From an uncultured virus (IMG/VR IMGVR_UViG_3300035327_000120) (Duplodnaviria > Heunggongvirae > Uroviricota > Caudoviricetes): a stretch of DNA of 64,000 bases. Under the pieces are notes generated by a model. It was not told the origin of the DNA. It saw only the letters and a program-made list of their open reading frames with translations, and searched no databases. Every line of letters starts with the position of its first letter. Within the stretch, counting starts at the first letter, position 1. Made by a program: the position numbers and the translations under genes. Below, piece after piece: positions 1 to 10,304 of this stretch. The DNA is taken from the IMG/VR virus record IMGVR_UViG_3300035327_000120; one strand, 5' to 3'.

Positions 1-168
1 TCTACGAGTATCTGCGTTAGCCTCCGCAACTGGCTTAATTTCAACTAACTATATTGACATTCAGAGTAATAGGCAAAAATCACCCCTACATCTGGAGGGT
101 TTTCGGTTGTCAGATTGTTGTCCGGCACTAAACCGACGGCTTATTATTGTCGTTTTATTGTCGGAATT

Positions 169-1389
169 ATGAATATCAGAATAGTCATATTACCACTAAA
201 AGTGCTGGCCGACGGCTCCCACAAATTGAGGATTGCCGTCAGCCATAACTCGCAGACTCGCTACATACCTACCCGCTTCACGGTTCCCAGTCCAAAGAAC
301 CTGAAAAACGGTAATGTAGTGGGAGTGCCGAATGCTCAATACATAAATCTCCAACTCCGCACACGCATGAATGACTTTTATAAGGCGTGTGATGAATTGG
401 AGGACATCGACTACTACACTTGCGCCCAACTGGTCAATATGCTCACCAAACGGCAAGAGCAGAACACAGGATTAAAGACCGTCGAGCAGATTTCGGAAGA
501 TATGCTTGCCAATCGAGAACACGCATGGTCTAAATCAACTGTGGCCGGCTTCAAGCAAGGGATAAGGCGGTTCATTGAATACGCCGGAAAAGATTTCGTT
601 CTCTGCACACTGACCCACGACAACGTGGTAGCCTATCATAAGTTCTTGGAAAAGTTAGGCTATTCACAGACCACTGTCGGTATGCGCATGGAGTCGTTGA
701 AGAGATTGGTCAAGTATGCTATCCGGCATGGATATGTCAAGTATAAAGTTTATCCCTTTTTGGACTACAAGACCGTCAAATCGGCCCGCAGGGATATTGC
801 TCTATCTCTTGACCAACTCCGCAAAATGCGCGACATGGAACTTACTGACAAGTGGGAGGTTTATGCCCGCGACCTCTTTATGTTGAGTTTCTATTTATGC
901 GGCATGAACTTGGCTGACATTCTGCGGCTCGACCTAACGAAAGACTCCGTGAGTTTCATCAGACAAAAGACTTTCAAGCGACGCGATGCCAACGATACAA
1001 CAGAGTTCACCATACAGCCGGAGGCGAGAGCCATTCTCGACAAATACCTGACCGCCGAGGGTAAACTGCAATTCAACAACTTTACGACCGAGCGCTCAAT
1101 CCAACATATCAATGCAGACCACCTGAAAAAACTTAGGGCGAAAATCGGGTTTGAAAAACTGATATTTTATTCAGCTCGTAAGACATTCTCGCAGATCGCC
1201 AATGAACTTATGATAAAGGACTCGGTAATTGAATACTGCATTGGCGACTCGCCGTTACCCTCTAACAGGGCCTTATCGTTTTATGTCAGGGTCAACAAGA
1301 GAATGGCCGACAAAGCCATACGCAGAGTTTTCGACGCCGTGACCTCTGACAAAAGTATGGAGCAGTTGATTTCTGAACTTGAAGCGTAA
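169..1389 (+). CDS. int: Tyrosine recombinase / phage integrase (Bacteroidales type, arm-binding + SAM-like + catalytic domains)
   Basis: N-terminal LRIAVSHNSQTRYI arm-binding-like segment, FMLSFYLCGMNLADI, YSARKTF, C-terminal Tyr; likely ATG at 169 (track starts at TTG 115). Confidence 0.9.
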   Translation: MNIRIVILPLKVLADGSHKLRIAVSHNSQTRYIPTRFTVPSPKNLKNGNVVGVPNAQYINLQLRTRMNDFYKACDELEDIDYYTCAQLVNMLTKRQEQNTGLKTVEQISEDMLANREHAWSKSTVAGFKQGIRRFIEYAGKDFVLCTLTHDNVVAYHKFLEKLGYSQTTVGMRMESLKRLVKYAIRHGYVKYKVYPFLDYKTVKSARRDIALSLDQLRKMRDMELTDKWEVYARDLFMLSFYLCGMNLADILRLDLTKDSVSFIRQKTFKRRDANDTTEFTIQPEARAILDKYLTAEGKLQFNNFTTERSIQHINADHLKKLRAKIGFEKLIFYSARKTFSQIANELMIKDSVIEYCIGDSPLPSNRALSFYVRVNKRMADKAIRRVFDAVTSDKSMEQLISELEA

Positions 1390-1464
1390 GCCTTGCTGGA
1401 GGAAAGGCGCACACTCATTGAGGTACGCCTGAATGTGTCATGCACATTCTTAAAACTTATTTGC

Positions 1465-2277
1465 TTATAAGCAAGCTGCCTCGCTTGGTTGGTATTGGAG
1501 ATTTTCAGCGTTCCCTTTCAACATTCCCCGGAACACTGTCAGTACGTTTATGTGTTGCTGTGCAATCTTCTGTTGCTTCTTGGAGAGGGTTCTGATATAT
1601 TGACGGGCTGATTTGAGCGCACCGTCCAAATGAAAGATAAATTCAGGATAAGCCATTTCTTTCCTGAAGAAATCCTCGACCGTCATATGGCCGTCGGCCG
1701 GCACGAATGGTTTAGAGGATTGAGATTGTGATTGCGCCGGAGAGCATATCTGTCGCACGTCCTCACGGCGCACTCTGCCTTGTGGAAATAGTGAGGGTTG
1801 CATCTGGGCCGACCGTGCAGATGCCGACTTTGACCTACCTGTTCTCTGCTTCTTGCGGTATTGGTCGATATACGCCAGTCGCACCTCGTAAGAGGTCATT
1901 TCGCTGTCAACTGGAATTTCTTCCAACTCCTGCGAGTCCGACGGATTGTTCAGAGAATGTGTTACCACACCATCTATCCACTTGCGATATCCGTTTGCCT
2001 GATTTTTCCGACATTCGATTAGGAGGGTCAACAGGCCGTCCTGATCTATGTAACGATTACAGGAGGTGATTTTTTGTCGCCGGACATTAAACTCTCTGAT
2101 TTGTCCTCTGGTCGTTCTGACAAGAGCCTCGGCCTCTCTCAACAGCATCGAGAGTGTCTGGCATAGGTCTGTCAGATTATACCACAGGGAGCCGTCCTTT
2201 TTGCAGGCATGAAGAAAGCCATACTCCGGCGAGTAGAACTTTTTCATTTCCGGCTCTTGTTTCGTTTTTGGTAACAT
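1465..2277 (-). CDS. BRO-N domain protein (antirepressor-like)
   Basis: WYNLTDLCQTL...YIDQDGLLTLL...ANGYRKWI pattern resembles BRO-N. Confidence 0.6.
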   Translation of the reverse strand: MLPKTKQEPEMKKFYSPEYGFLHACKKDGSLWYNLTDLCQTLSMLLREAEALVRTTRGQIREFNVRRQKITSCNRYIDQDGLLTLLIECRKNQANGYRKWIDGVVTHSLNNPSDSQELEEIPVDSEMTSYEVRLAYIDQYRKKQRTGRSKSASARSAQMQPSLFPQGRVRREDVRQICSPAQSQSQSSKPFVPADGHMTVEDFFRKEMAYPEFIFHLDGALKSARQYIRTLSKKQQKIAQQHINVLTVFRGMLKGNAENLQYQPSEAACL

Positions 2278-2280
2278 ATC

Positions 2281-4468
2281 TTAGATATTGATTTCTGAAC
2301 TCTGAAATATTATGTGGCAATGATTGATGCACTCACAACCGTCCTCGTATGCTGAAAAGCAATTTGGAGTATCTTCCTCGATTTTCCAACCCAAATTAGT
2401 TGCATCGACTCGCCGATTGTCAGTAAGAGTTTTGAACTCTGCTCTGGCCTCATCAAGCGAGCCGTAAGGTTTTACCTCCACACTGCGGTCATAATCATCG
2501 GAGCAGTCTTGGATTATGATATATATTGTCTTTTTCATTTGTCAGACACAGGTTTTTGAATTTCTACCAATTCTGCATTCTCGCCAATCCACAACATTGC
2601 ATCTTCACCCTTCCACTTGAAATCGAATGCTTTGTTAATTGGATTGAATATGCCGGAGAGAACCGTCCCCTCCTTGAGTCCTTTGATTTCAAACAGGCAC
2701 CACTTACCCATTTCGGTAAAGACTTTCACACGGGCTTTTGCTGGAACCGGTTTGTTTTTACTTGAACGTGCCATAATGATTAGATTTCGACAAGTACACC
2801 ACTCTGATATACGCACACCATATAGTTGTTGTTCTTGTTAGCCTTGCAGCATTGAGCAGCATAACTAATGGCCGAGGTTACCTCGCGGAATGATTTAACA
2901 GCATATCCGGCAGATTTTTTGATGACGTAAAACTTTTTCATGTCGTTTATTTGTTGATGTTATGTTTTATTTTGATAGTACAAAACTAACAAAAAATTAT
3001 CATATACACAAATATAACTACTTGAAAATCCGCAACTTAACTCAATTTTAACTTTTATTATCGTTATCGTATTTACAAGTTTTGGAGTGTGGAATTATCA
3101 TCTTCGGCTACATCACGATATAACTCTATCCCATTGACATTGTGGCTATGGGCTACCAGACCGGCAGACTCCAATTCTCCTATGGTTTCCATGATTTCAG
3201 AAATAATTTTACTGTGAACATCATTCCTGATCGCCACATACGGCGCCTTCTTATCTTTCTTTCGTTGTTCGATTACCTCTCTGATAACCTGATAAACGTA
3301 TGGCTGGAGATACTGCATGGCGGTCAGTTCAGGATTTTATATTCACGGATTAACTTGGCTGCTTTCAACAGGAGTGTTCCAAGTTGCTCCGCAGCGACAA
3401 ATTCTTCAGTATGCTTGCGTGTCAAAGGTTGACCGGAATAGCCGCAGGACTCTCTGCGCCGGTCAGCATACTCTTTCAGATAGTAGTTGCCTTCTCGTTC
3501 AAGGAACTTGGCAAAGTCATGCACGAGAGGGTCATTGCAAGCCTTATAGCCCTCTATGAAGCAGTCTACATTTCGATTGCTTAGATTGCGAGTACCGCGC
3601 AAGTGGTGGAAAGCCAGCACCGCCACGTCCTCGCTGTTCATGTGTTTGGGGGTATTCTTCATTACGTTATGATGAATTGAATGTTGAAATAAAACTCCCT
3701 GCTAAGTCGACCTACCTGCGGAAATTTCCACGGCGACTCTCCATAGGGAATAAAGATTACTCTCTGTTTAGTGTCGGCTGTGATGCCGTGTTTTCGTAGC
3801 CGGTAGAGCAGATTAGCCCTGCGTTTCAGGGTCTGCTGTTTCATCATCACAGGTGCATTGACCGAGCCGTACTCCCTCGTAAGAGATGAAAGGTTCATCA
3901 CCTTTCCGAACATACTCCGCTATCATTTCAGCTACGTCTGGAGATATGGGATATGCGAGCGCCTGCGCCATATAGACAGCACCGCATTTTGCGCACCTCA
4001 TTCCGAGGACTGGATTTTTTTGGGGTTCTTCCATAAGTTTTAATCTTTTCCTAATTCATAGTTTGTCAACATCAGCAGTCGAATGGCGAGCAATTCTTCA
4101 GGACTTGTAGCAAACTGTTCCTGTGTCAAGGTCTGAACGAGTTTTGCCGTTTTATTGGAGTATTGAGTTAGGCAATACTCCATCTTGAGGCAAGCGTGAG
4201 TGCCGTCCTGTCCATTGGAGTAATCGCCATACTTGCCAAACGACGGAGTTAGTAGAGAGTTGTCGATATCGAGTACCATGCAGATTTCAGGATATACTAT
4301 GCCCTTGAGGTATCTCCACGCTGTATGGGGTTCATCTTCAGTAAAACAGAAGCCAACAGAGATAGAACCTCCTTTGCCGCCGTTGTAATGGTCAGTAGTG
4401 TTAATCAGAGTTTCCCCTGATATGAACTTATGATACTCATTGAGCGAGCAAAACCTTGTAACTCTCAT
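2281..4468 (-). other. Array of short co-oriented phage hypothetical CDSs (2281-2538, 2535-2774, ~2780-2941, 3073-3318, 3324-3662, 3662-~3846, 3813-4034, 4040-4468)
   Basis: Tightly packed or overlapping minus-strand ORFs; no recognisable function (3813-4034 has a CxxC motif). Confidence 0.7.
2964..3056 (-). promoter_or_regulatory. Conserved phage promoter element, copy 1 of 7
   Basis: Minus strand TAGTTTTG (-7 TAnnTTTG) with TTTG upstream, GATAATTT spacer, upstream AAAAGTTAAAA box. Confidence 0.75.
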
Positions 4469-4968
4469 TGTATCCTATTCCCTAACTTGATTACGAAATA
4501 CTCTTTGTCGGGTTCTGCTCCCCAGAGAGGATTACCGGTACCTATACTTACTCCCTTAAACTCAAATAGCATTGTGATATTGGTATAGCCACGGTGGAAG
4601 CGCACAGCGTCGTAATGTCGATATTCAAAATATCCGTCTGCGATTGCCTGTTTGAGCAACTGGGTAAACTCTTTGAGCGAGTCATTACATTTATTAGCCA
4701 AATCCTCAAAATCGCCATGACAGGCTTTGCAGAAGTAGCCGTAGCCCTCTCTGTCGACATTCAGGAGCCTTGCACTCCAAAAGTATGTGTCGCGGTATTC
4801 TTCCGGCTTTTCCAAAGCCTTTATCATGTCATACCATTTGCCCTTTAGGACTAAATCAAGTATTTCCATAAGCTGCGTTTTTACGATGAGGTGGAAGCAC
4901 AGAGTATAGCCATGCCTCCACCTCTGAATGTTAGAATACGAGTTGCCAGTCGTGAGCGAAGAGGTCAT
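4465..4968 (-). CDS. ASCH/PUA-like domain protein
   Basis: LDLVLKGKWYDMIKALEKPEEYR...YDAVRFHRGY; probable start at MEILDL near 4870. Confidence 0.6.
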   Translation of the reverse strand: MTSSLTTGNSYSNIQRWRHGYTLCFHLIVKTQLMEILDLVLKGKWYDMIKALEKPEEYRDTYFWSARLLNVDREGYGYFCKACHGDFEDLANKCNDSLKEFTQLLKQAIADGYFEYRHYDAVRFHRGYTNITMLFEFKGVSIGTGNPLWGAEPDKEYFVIKLGNRIQ

Positions 4969-5647
4969 CTACTGACGGACACCACGAATTTGCGGTGCTG
5001 CTTCCGGGGTCGAATATGAGGCACTGCGAAACATAGTCTATGTGATCGCCAGCGGCCAACACGAGACGCTTGGCCTCATCTGGGAGCGACTGCATTTTTG
5101 GGATAATGTCAGCCGTGATATGGGCCGGCACTTGCTTGAACACCATTTTGCCGTTCTCGCCCCAGATTTCGCGGCGCACGGCATAGCCCTCTCGTATCAT
5201 AGGAAGCACTTGCTCAAAGGACAGCCCCCACGGGCGGCATTCTTCGCCTCCTTCCATGCAGGACTGACGCAGGCACAGCAGGGTCAGATATGCGCCCATC
5301 GTCTGATGCTGTGCCACGAGGAATGCGCGAGTGCCGAGAGGCATAGCCTGAAAGTCCTTGCCTTCATTGCGATTGTAGATGAAATCGCCGAGTTTGTTTG
5401 CGCGTGACATGACGTCTGCAATTTCGATGTTCACTCGGTCAAGTGGTGTTTCTGCAACCTTGTAGGCTGCCTCGAACACGTCGGCCGGCGACCATGATTT
5501 GTAGCCATCTGCGTATTCTACGAGATAACCGGGGCGTTCGTCGTATTCTTCGACGTAAGCGTTTTCACGGATAAGTCCTTCTTTGTAGGCCTGGCCATAG
5601 GTCATGGGAGCAGCCATAACTTGTTTAGTACCGATGTACTTTTTCAT
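4931..5647 (-). CDS. Multidomain protein with C-terminal DUF2829 / Tad2-like domain (possible anti-Thoeris/CBASS nucleotide sponge)
   Basis: C-terminal LSFEQVLPMIREGYAVRREIW...WCPSVDDLFAHDWQLV matches DUF2829 pattern; N-terminal KKYIGTKQV...GYKSWSPADVFEAAY phage domain. Confidence 0.65.
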   Translation of the reverse strand: MKKYIGTKQVMAAPMTYGQAYKEGLIRENAYVEEYDERPGYLVEYADGYKSWSPADVFEAAYKVAETPLDRVNIEIADVMSRANKLGDFIYNRNEGKDFQAMPLGTRAFLVAQHQTMGAYLTLLCLRQSCMEGGEECRPWGLSFEQVLPMIREGYAVRREIWGENGKMVFKQVPAHITADIIPKMQSLPDEAKRLVLAAGDHIDYVSQCLIFDPGSSTANSWCPSVDDLFAHDWQLVF

Positions 5648-5721
5648 GTTGTTACTGGTGGGTTTTACTAAGCCGCCCAAGGCTTTGTTTGTAATTTATG
5701 TCGTTTGCTTTATATACTCTC

Positions 5722-6452
5722 TTATAAATCGAATAATGTTTTTTGAGTTGACGGCTGCTCCATGCCTAACACGAAGTCGCAAATGAAATTTTTCGCGTAT
5801 TCAGAAGAAATCATAGACCTCTCTTCACTACATAACCCAGCTTCTTTACTTGGATTTGCCGACATGATATTTTTTCTAAATTTGGGCGTAGTCGGAGTAA
5901 AGCCATGAGTGGGTTCGCAATTTATAAACCAATACGCGGTTGGCTTAACAAAGTAATCTCCACGCCTTGTTCTATCGGTATCTACTATTGAAGGAGGCTG
6001 AACAAAACCGCTTTTAAGGAATGTCTGCAAACTATAAGGGTTTTCGAGTATTAGCCTTAGTCCACGTTCTCTCACAACTTGCAGCATCTTTACGAGCCGT
6101 GCAAAAAATATTTCTCTATTATGGGCGCGTTCTAATATCTTTTCAGTAGCTTGACGGCCCGATAGATTACGATAGTTCTTTGCAGTCCATGACATACTCA
6201 TTTGGCTCATACAGCTAAAGTATATGCAAGGGTAGAATGCTATTATCAAATCTTCACAACTCATTGTATCAAAGACACTTACCCCCCCAGATACGCATTA
6301 TCAATCTCGGCAAATAAGTCTATAACATAGTCTGTTTCGCCAAAATTATTTTGAATGTCATAATCAAAAGCCTCAAATCCGAGTTTCTTGAACTCGTTTT
6401 TGAAAGTGCCTGATTGTTCAAACAGGCAATGAACTTTACCAGTTATCTGCAT
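5722..6452 (-). pseudogene. C5 cytosine DNA methyltransferase-like gene, frameshifted at a G7 tract (possibly phase-variable)
   Basis: MQITGKVHCLFEQSGTFKNEF...AYLGG* then VSVFDTMSCEDLIIAFYPCIYFS...LILENP in another frame; one extra G at 6282-6288 restores a 243-aa ORF; PC and ENP motifs. Confidence 0.7.
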
Positions 6453-6647
6453 AATCTTCTAAACCTTGATTAGTAAGTCTAAACGGGGTTATATTATCCC
6501 ACTCGTCAAAGTCGACACTATAATCATATTCTATCTTAGGTTCGGGACTGTCAAGAATGATATTTGACTCTTTGCGAGTTCTTTCCTTGCATCTAACAGT
6601 GTAAATGAATAGACACAACGTAATTACTCCGAGTAGCGATACAATAA

Positions 6648-7073
6648 TCATTTTCGTATCAGTTCGTTTTGGAGAGGGAGCCATTCTTTGGCCACGAGCC
6701 ACGCGAGGCTTTTCTTCGGATTGAAATTATCAACACTGATTGAGTGATGACTAAGGCGCCCCTCTGTCGGTTTCAGTCCTTTGTCATGGAGTTCGCACAA
6801 CCCGTCGTGATAGAACGTACACCAGCCATTCTCTACTTTGGGCTGCACCATTTCTATGGGCCTGTTGATTACTCCCATAAGCATACCGGCGAACCATGAC
6901 GTCGGAGCAAGTCTATCACGATAGCCAGCGTCGATAAGTTTCTCGATGTCCTCTGGGGTGCCGAGGCATGGAGTATGGCATTGAGATTTGCAACGGTCGC
7001 AACTACACGCTGTCGGCTTTCGCCCGCTTCGTTGCATAATGTATCTGAAAGTAGGTATTCCGAGATGGCTCAT
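6648..7073 (-). CDS. Cys-rich metal-binding protein (YkgJ/CxxCxxCC-like)
   Basis: CSCDRCKSQCHTPC...CTFYHDGLCELH...KP. Confidence 0.5.
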   Translation of the reverse strand: MSHLGIPTFRYIMQRSGRKPTACSCDRCKSQCHTPCLGTPEDIEKLIDAGYRDRLAPTSWFAGMLMGVINRPIEMVQPKVENGWCTFYHDGLCELHDKGLKPTEGRLSHHSISVDNFNPKKSLAWLVAKEWLPLQNELIRK

Positions 7074-8212
7074 AGCATAAAAGGGTTAAAGGGTTGCTGG
7101 CTGTTATGCGGCCATTGCCTATTGATACTGAATATGTCATAGTCATCATCTACTGCCGCCGGGTGTGAATATACTGCACCGTCGAGCAAATCTGATATGC
7201 TTTTCTTCCAGTAAACCTTTGCTCCTGCATTACCGATTTTATAAGTAATGTTAGGAATGAACGAGAACAGGTTCTTGGGGTCGATTGGTTGCTTGCCTCC
7301 ACTCAACAGCCCTATCTTGTAGAGGTCGCAGAAGCCGAGGGTACAATTTATAATATCCTCGGTAGTTGAGAGGTCAAGCATAGGCTCTATACTTGCGAAT
7401 GTCCGCAGGCCGAGGGCATGGATTGTTCGCATAGCGTGTATTCTTGACTCCGTGAGGCTGGCATTTGTTTCCAGTTCATCAAAGCCGGTCAGTGTGAAGC
7501 CTATTGCTATCTTATGAAATGGCCGGATACCTCCCAACATTTGAGAAAGACATTCGACAAACCGCAAAGCGCCGTCTGCTCTCTTTGTTAGGATTTGAAC
7601 AGGAACACGTTTTCGTATGGCGTATTCTGCGGCCTCCACGGTTAAACCTCCAGTTTCATCAAGGAGGGGGTCAGTAGTAAAACTGAAGAATAGCCCTCTG
7701 CTTTTAATACTACTATTTGCGATGTAGTAATCCAACTCCTTGCGGAATGTCGCTATCGCGTCATCTGTATCTTTGAAGCACTTTTTGAGTTGTGGAGTTG
7801 TCGACCAAACATGGCTCAATACTCCGCGCTTGCAGTAGCAGTATTGGCAATCGTTGGAGCAGCCGGTATAGAAATTACACGCCCACGCAGCATATTCTCC
7901 TGCCTTACCTTTAGGCTGGTATATTGCCTTATCCGCCGGCTTATATATCTTTGCCAACGGAATATCCTTTATCTTCTCATAGAGTTCAGGATATTGAGTT
8001 TTGAGCCGTTCTTTCTCGTGCTTAAAGCACTCGGTATTAAATTCAGGAGAGGAGTATATGCCGCCGGCGTAATTGCCTTGCTCTTCGCCAAATCCTACAA
8101 TCTTTCCGCCTTTTACCATTACATAATGGTAATAATCTCCACGAGGTCCGAAGCCTACATCTGACGTGAAACACTGTTCATCGCCTCGCGTCCAATCTTT
8201 ATACGTTGCCAT
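7070..8212 (-). CDS. Radical SAM protein (spore-photoproduct-lyase-like)
   Basis: NFYTGCSNDCQYCYC CxxxCxxC motif; FSFTTDP, ILTK, SIEP motifs. Confidence 0.8.
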   Translation of the reverse strand: MATYKDWTRGDEQCFTSDVGFGPRGDYYHYVMVKGGKIVGFGEEQGNYAGGIYSSPEFNTECFKHEKERLKTQYPELYEKIKDIPLAKIYKPADKAIYQPKGKAGEYAAWACNFYTGCSNDCQYCYCKRGVLSHVWSTTPQLKKCFKDTDDAIATFRKELDYYIANSSIKSRGLFFSFTTDPLLDETGGLTVEAAEYAIRKRVPVQILTKRADGALRFVECLSQMLGGIRPFHKIAIGFTLTGFDELETNASLTESRIHAMRTIHALGLRTFASIEPMLDLSTTEDIINCTLGFCDLYKIGLLSGGKQPIDPKNLFSFIPNITYKIGNAGAKVYWKKSISDLLDGAVYSHPAAVDDDYDIFSINRQWPHNSQQPFNPFML

Positions 8213-8227
8213 AGTCAGAAGAGATTG

Positions 8228-9121
8228 TTATATCGTTTCTGCTGATAGAGCATTTGCTGGTGGATTGCTTGGTGGCAAGCCGGGAGCTGGTATTGCACTG
8301 TGTCCGTATTCTTGGTCTGCAACTGCTTTGATGTTGAACAGGCAGAGCAAAGAAGCGTGAACGCCAATAGCGTCAGTTTGAGAGTTTTCTTCATTTGTCC
8401 TTTGTTGTCGGTAAAAACTTATTTGCTGTTTTGGCATATATGGGGCAACGGTCTGAATAGTGGCACTCTCCCCGTGATGCCTGATTGTGTCGATAATGCC
8501 ACTCGTCCCAGTCGGCAACTCCGTCCTTTGTGAGAAATTCAATCAGTTTCATACAACCGAAACCATTCTCATCTGACTTTGCTCCGTTGACCTCAAAGAG
8601 TCCATTACTGACTGGTCGAGCCATTCCTTTTGAGAGATTTGAGATACTGGATAAACTCGGTTCGGTATTGCCCTCTGACAATCCGATATTGAATATTCAT
8701 TTTCGGGAGTGGCTTAACACCTTTTATCTGGAGGAAAACTCCAATCGCATGACAGAGTTCTGCGCCTCGGAGTCCATAGCAGCCGCCCAGACTGTGAATG
8801 TCATTGCGAGCCTCCGAATACTGGGGTCGTTGTTTCTTCCCGATTTGTCGCGGAGAGGTCAGGGTTCGAGGATAACCGCACGGCTCACCTATATACTCGC
8901 CGGTGATGCAGTCAAGAGTGCCGTCAAGCAGCATATCAGCACACTCACCCATTTTCGCCTCCTTTCATTCCTCGTTGAATTATGGCGAGCCACAGGCACA
9001 CCATTACTGCGGCCATCATCGTAAGTGTAGTCCAGCATTTTGCAGAGGCCAGTACGATAGCTGACATGAATGCGAGTCCGTATGCCATAGACAGGCAGTC
9101 GATTTGTCTAAACTTTTTCAT
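8228..9121 (-). other. Short hypothetical phage CDSs (e.g. 8605-8952)
   Basis: Overlapping minus-strand ORFs; true gene boundaries uncertain. Confidence 0.45.
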
Positions 9122-9146
9122 TATCTTATTTACAAGTTTTGAGTTG

Positions 9147-9497
9147 TTATTCTAATGCTTTTTCAAGTAAGGCATAACTTCCGTCGGTGTTAAACTTTCT
9201 TAGCCTATATCCTATTGAAAGATACCAGTCAAGGATTTCTTTAGGCGTATCTTCAAGTTCCCATTCCATAAATACGGAGTCATGCCCTGACGCTTTCGCT
9301 AAATCCTCTGCACGAGTTAGGAGTTTAGAGGCATATTTTTGCCGACGGAATAACGGATCGACCCATAATGCGTAGATTACTGCCGTTCCACCAAAATCCT
9401 GTTTGGCCTCATATAGATTGAGCTGAACAGAACCTCTATCATCGCTGCTGGTTATCAGCACTCGTATGTGGTCATGCCATATCTGCGTCTGCTCCAT
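9147..9497 (-). CDS. GNAT family acetyltransferase
   Basis: IYALWVDPLFRRQKYASKLL acetyl-CoA binding motif, WYLSIGY. Confidence 0.8.
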   Translation of the reverse strand: MEQTQIWHDHIRVLITSSDDRGSVQLNLYEAKQDFGGTAVIYALWVDPLFRRQKYASKLLTRAEDLAKASGHDSVFMEWELEDTPKEILDWYLSIGYRLRKFNTDGSYALLEKALE

Positions 9498-9903
9498 TTC
9501 TCATCAAAATTTTTATAGCGTTTGAGATTGCATCAGAAAATGCGTTCTCGTAAGTCTTATGCCCGAATTTGTAGTAGAGATTATAGCCTTCGTGCATATC
9601 GCGCACACGGCAGTACCAGTCATTCTTGCCTATGTTATACTCTACCTCAACAGACATTTTCTTACCTCGTAGCCATCTGGCAGCTTGTGAGTGGGTAGGC
9701 GCAGAGATATGGTTCTCCATACCTATATCGTCCATTTCCTCATTCGTGGGTGGGATTACAAAACCCTTATGCACTATAACAGGGGTGCCGTCATCGCAGA
9801 AAGTCCGGGAGAAGAAAAAGTATCCTTTTTCGTTGTAACCTAACTCCTTTAGATTTTGGGCCTGTTCGTAGGTTACGAAAGAGTCTATCGTGGGTGCTGG
9901 CAT
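9472..9903 (-). CDS. Hypothetical phage protein
   Basis: 143-aa ORF in operon; SAPTHSQAARWLR motif. Confidence 0.6.
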   Translation of the reverse strand: MPAPTIDSFVTYEQAQNLKELGYNEKGYFFFSRTFCDDGTPVIVHKGFVIPPTNEEMDDIGMENHISAPTHSQAARWLRGKKMSVEVEYNIGKNDWYCRVRDMHEGYNLYYKFGHKTYENAFSDAISNAIKILMRNGADADMA

Positions 9904-10304
9904 AGTTCAGGATTATCGTGAATGTTTCCGACCACGTTCATGTGGGGATAATGCCGGAGCATATCTCCCAAAGGGCACGTTCCCAATAATGGGCCTTCGG
10001 TGTGGGTGTGCTCGATGAGGCAGAACGCGCATTGCTTCTCATTGTACCTCACTTCGAGTGGGACTGTTGCCACGGAGGGCTCAATGAGAATATCGCCCTC
10101 GTAGATTTCCTTGCTGTTACTGTCTTGCAGTCCGGTGTACTGACCACAGGTGCCGACCTTTATCTGCTCCCGTTCACGAGCATAGATATGGTCGATAATG
10201 ATGCACTCGCAAGTTGCGCCGTTTATCTGTTCTTGGAGCAAAGAGCCATAAGCCCATTCTCCATTATCGAGGCGTTTACCTCTGAACTTAATCTCTCTTA
10301 CCAT
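9885..10304 (-). CDS. YopX family protein
   Basis: REIKFRGK...WAYGSL...GQYTGLQDSNSKEIYEGDIL...VVGNIHDNPEL. Confidence 0.9.
   Translation of the reverse strand: MVREIKFRGKRLDNGEWAYGSLLQEQINGATCECIIIDHIYAREREQIKVGTCGQYTGLQDSNSKEIYEGDILIEPSVATVPLEVRYNEKQCAFCLIEHTHTEGPLLGTCPLGDMLRHYPHMNVVGNIHDNPELCQHPR

Noticed and set aside
1..168. attL site or target tRNA upstream of integrase
   Set aside because: No tRNA end or matching direct repeat identifiable; the other prophage end is outside the window
8417..8427. Partial copy of the TAAGCAAATAAGT motif (also an inverted partial near 6310)
   Set aside because: Incomplete and inside ORFs; may be chance
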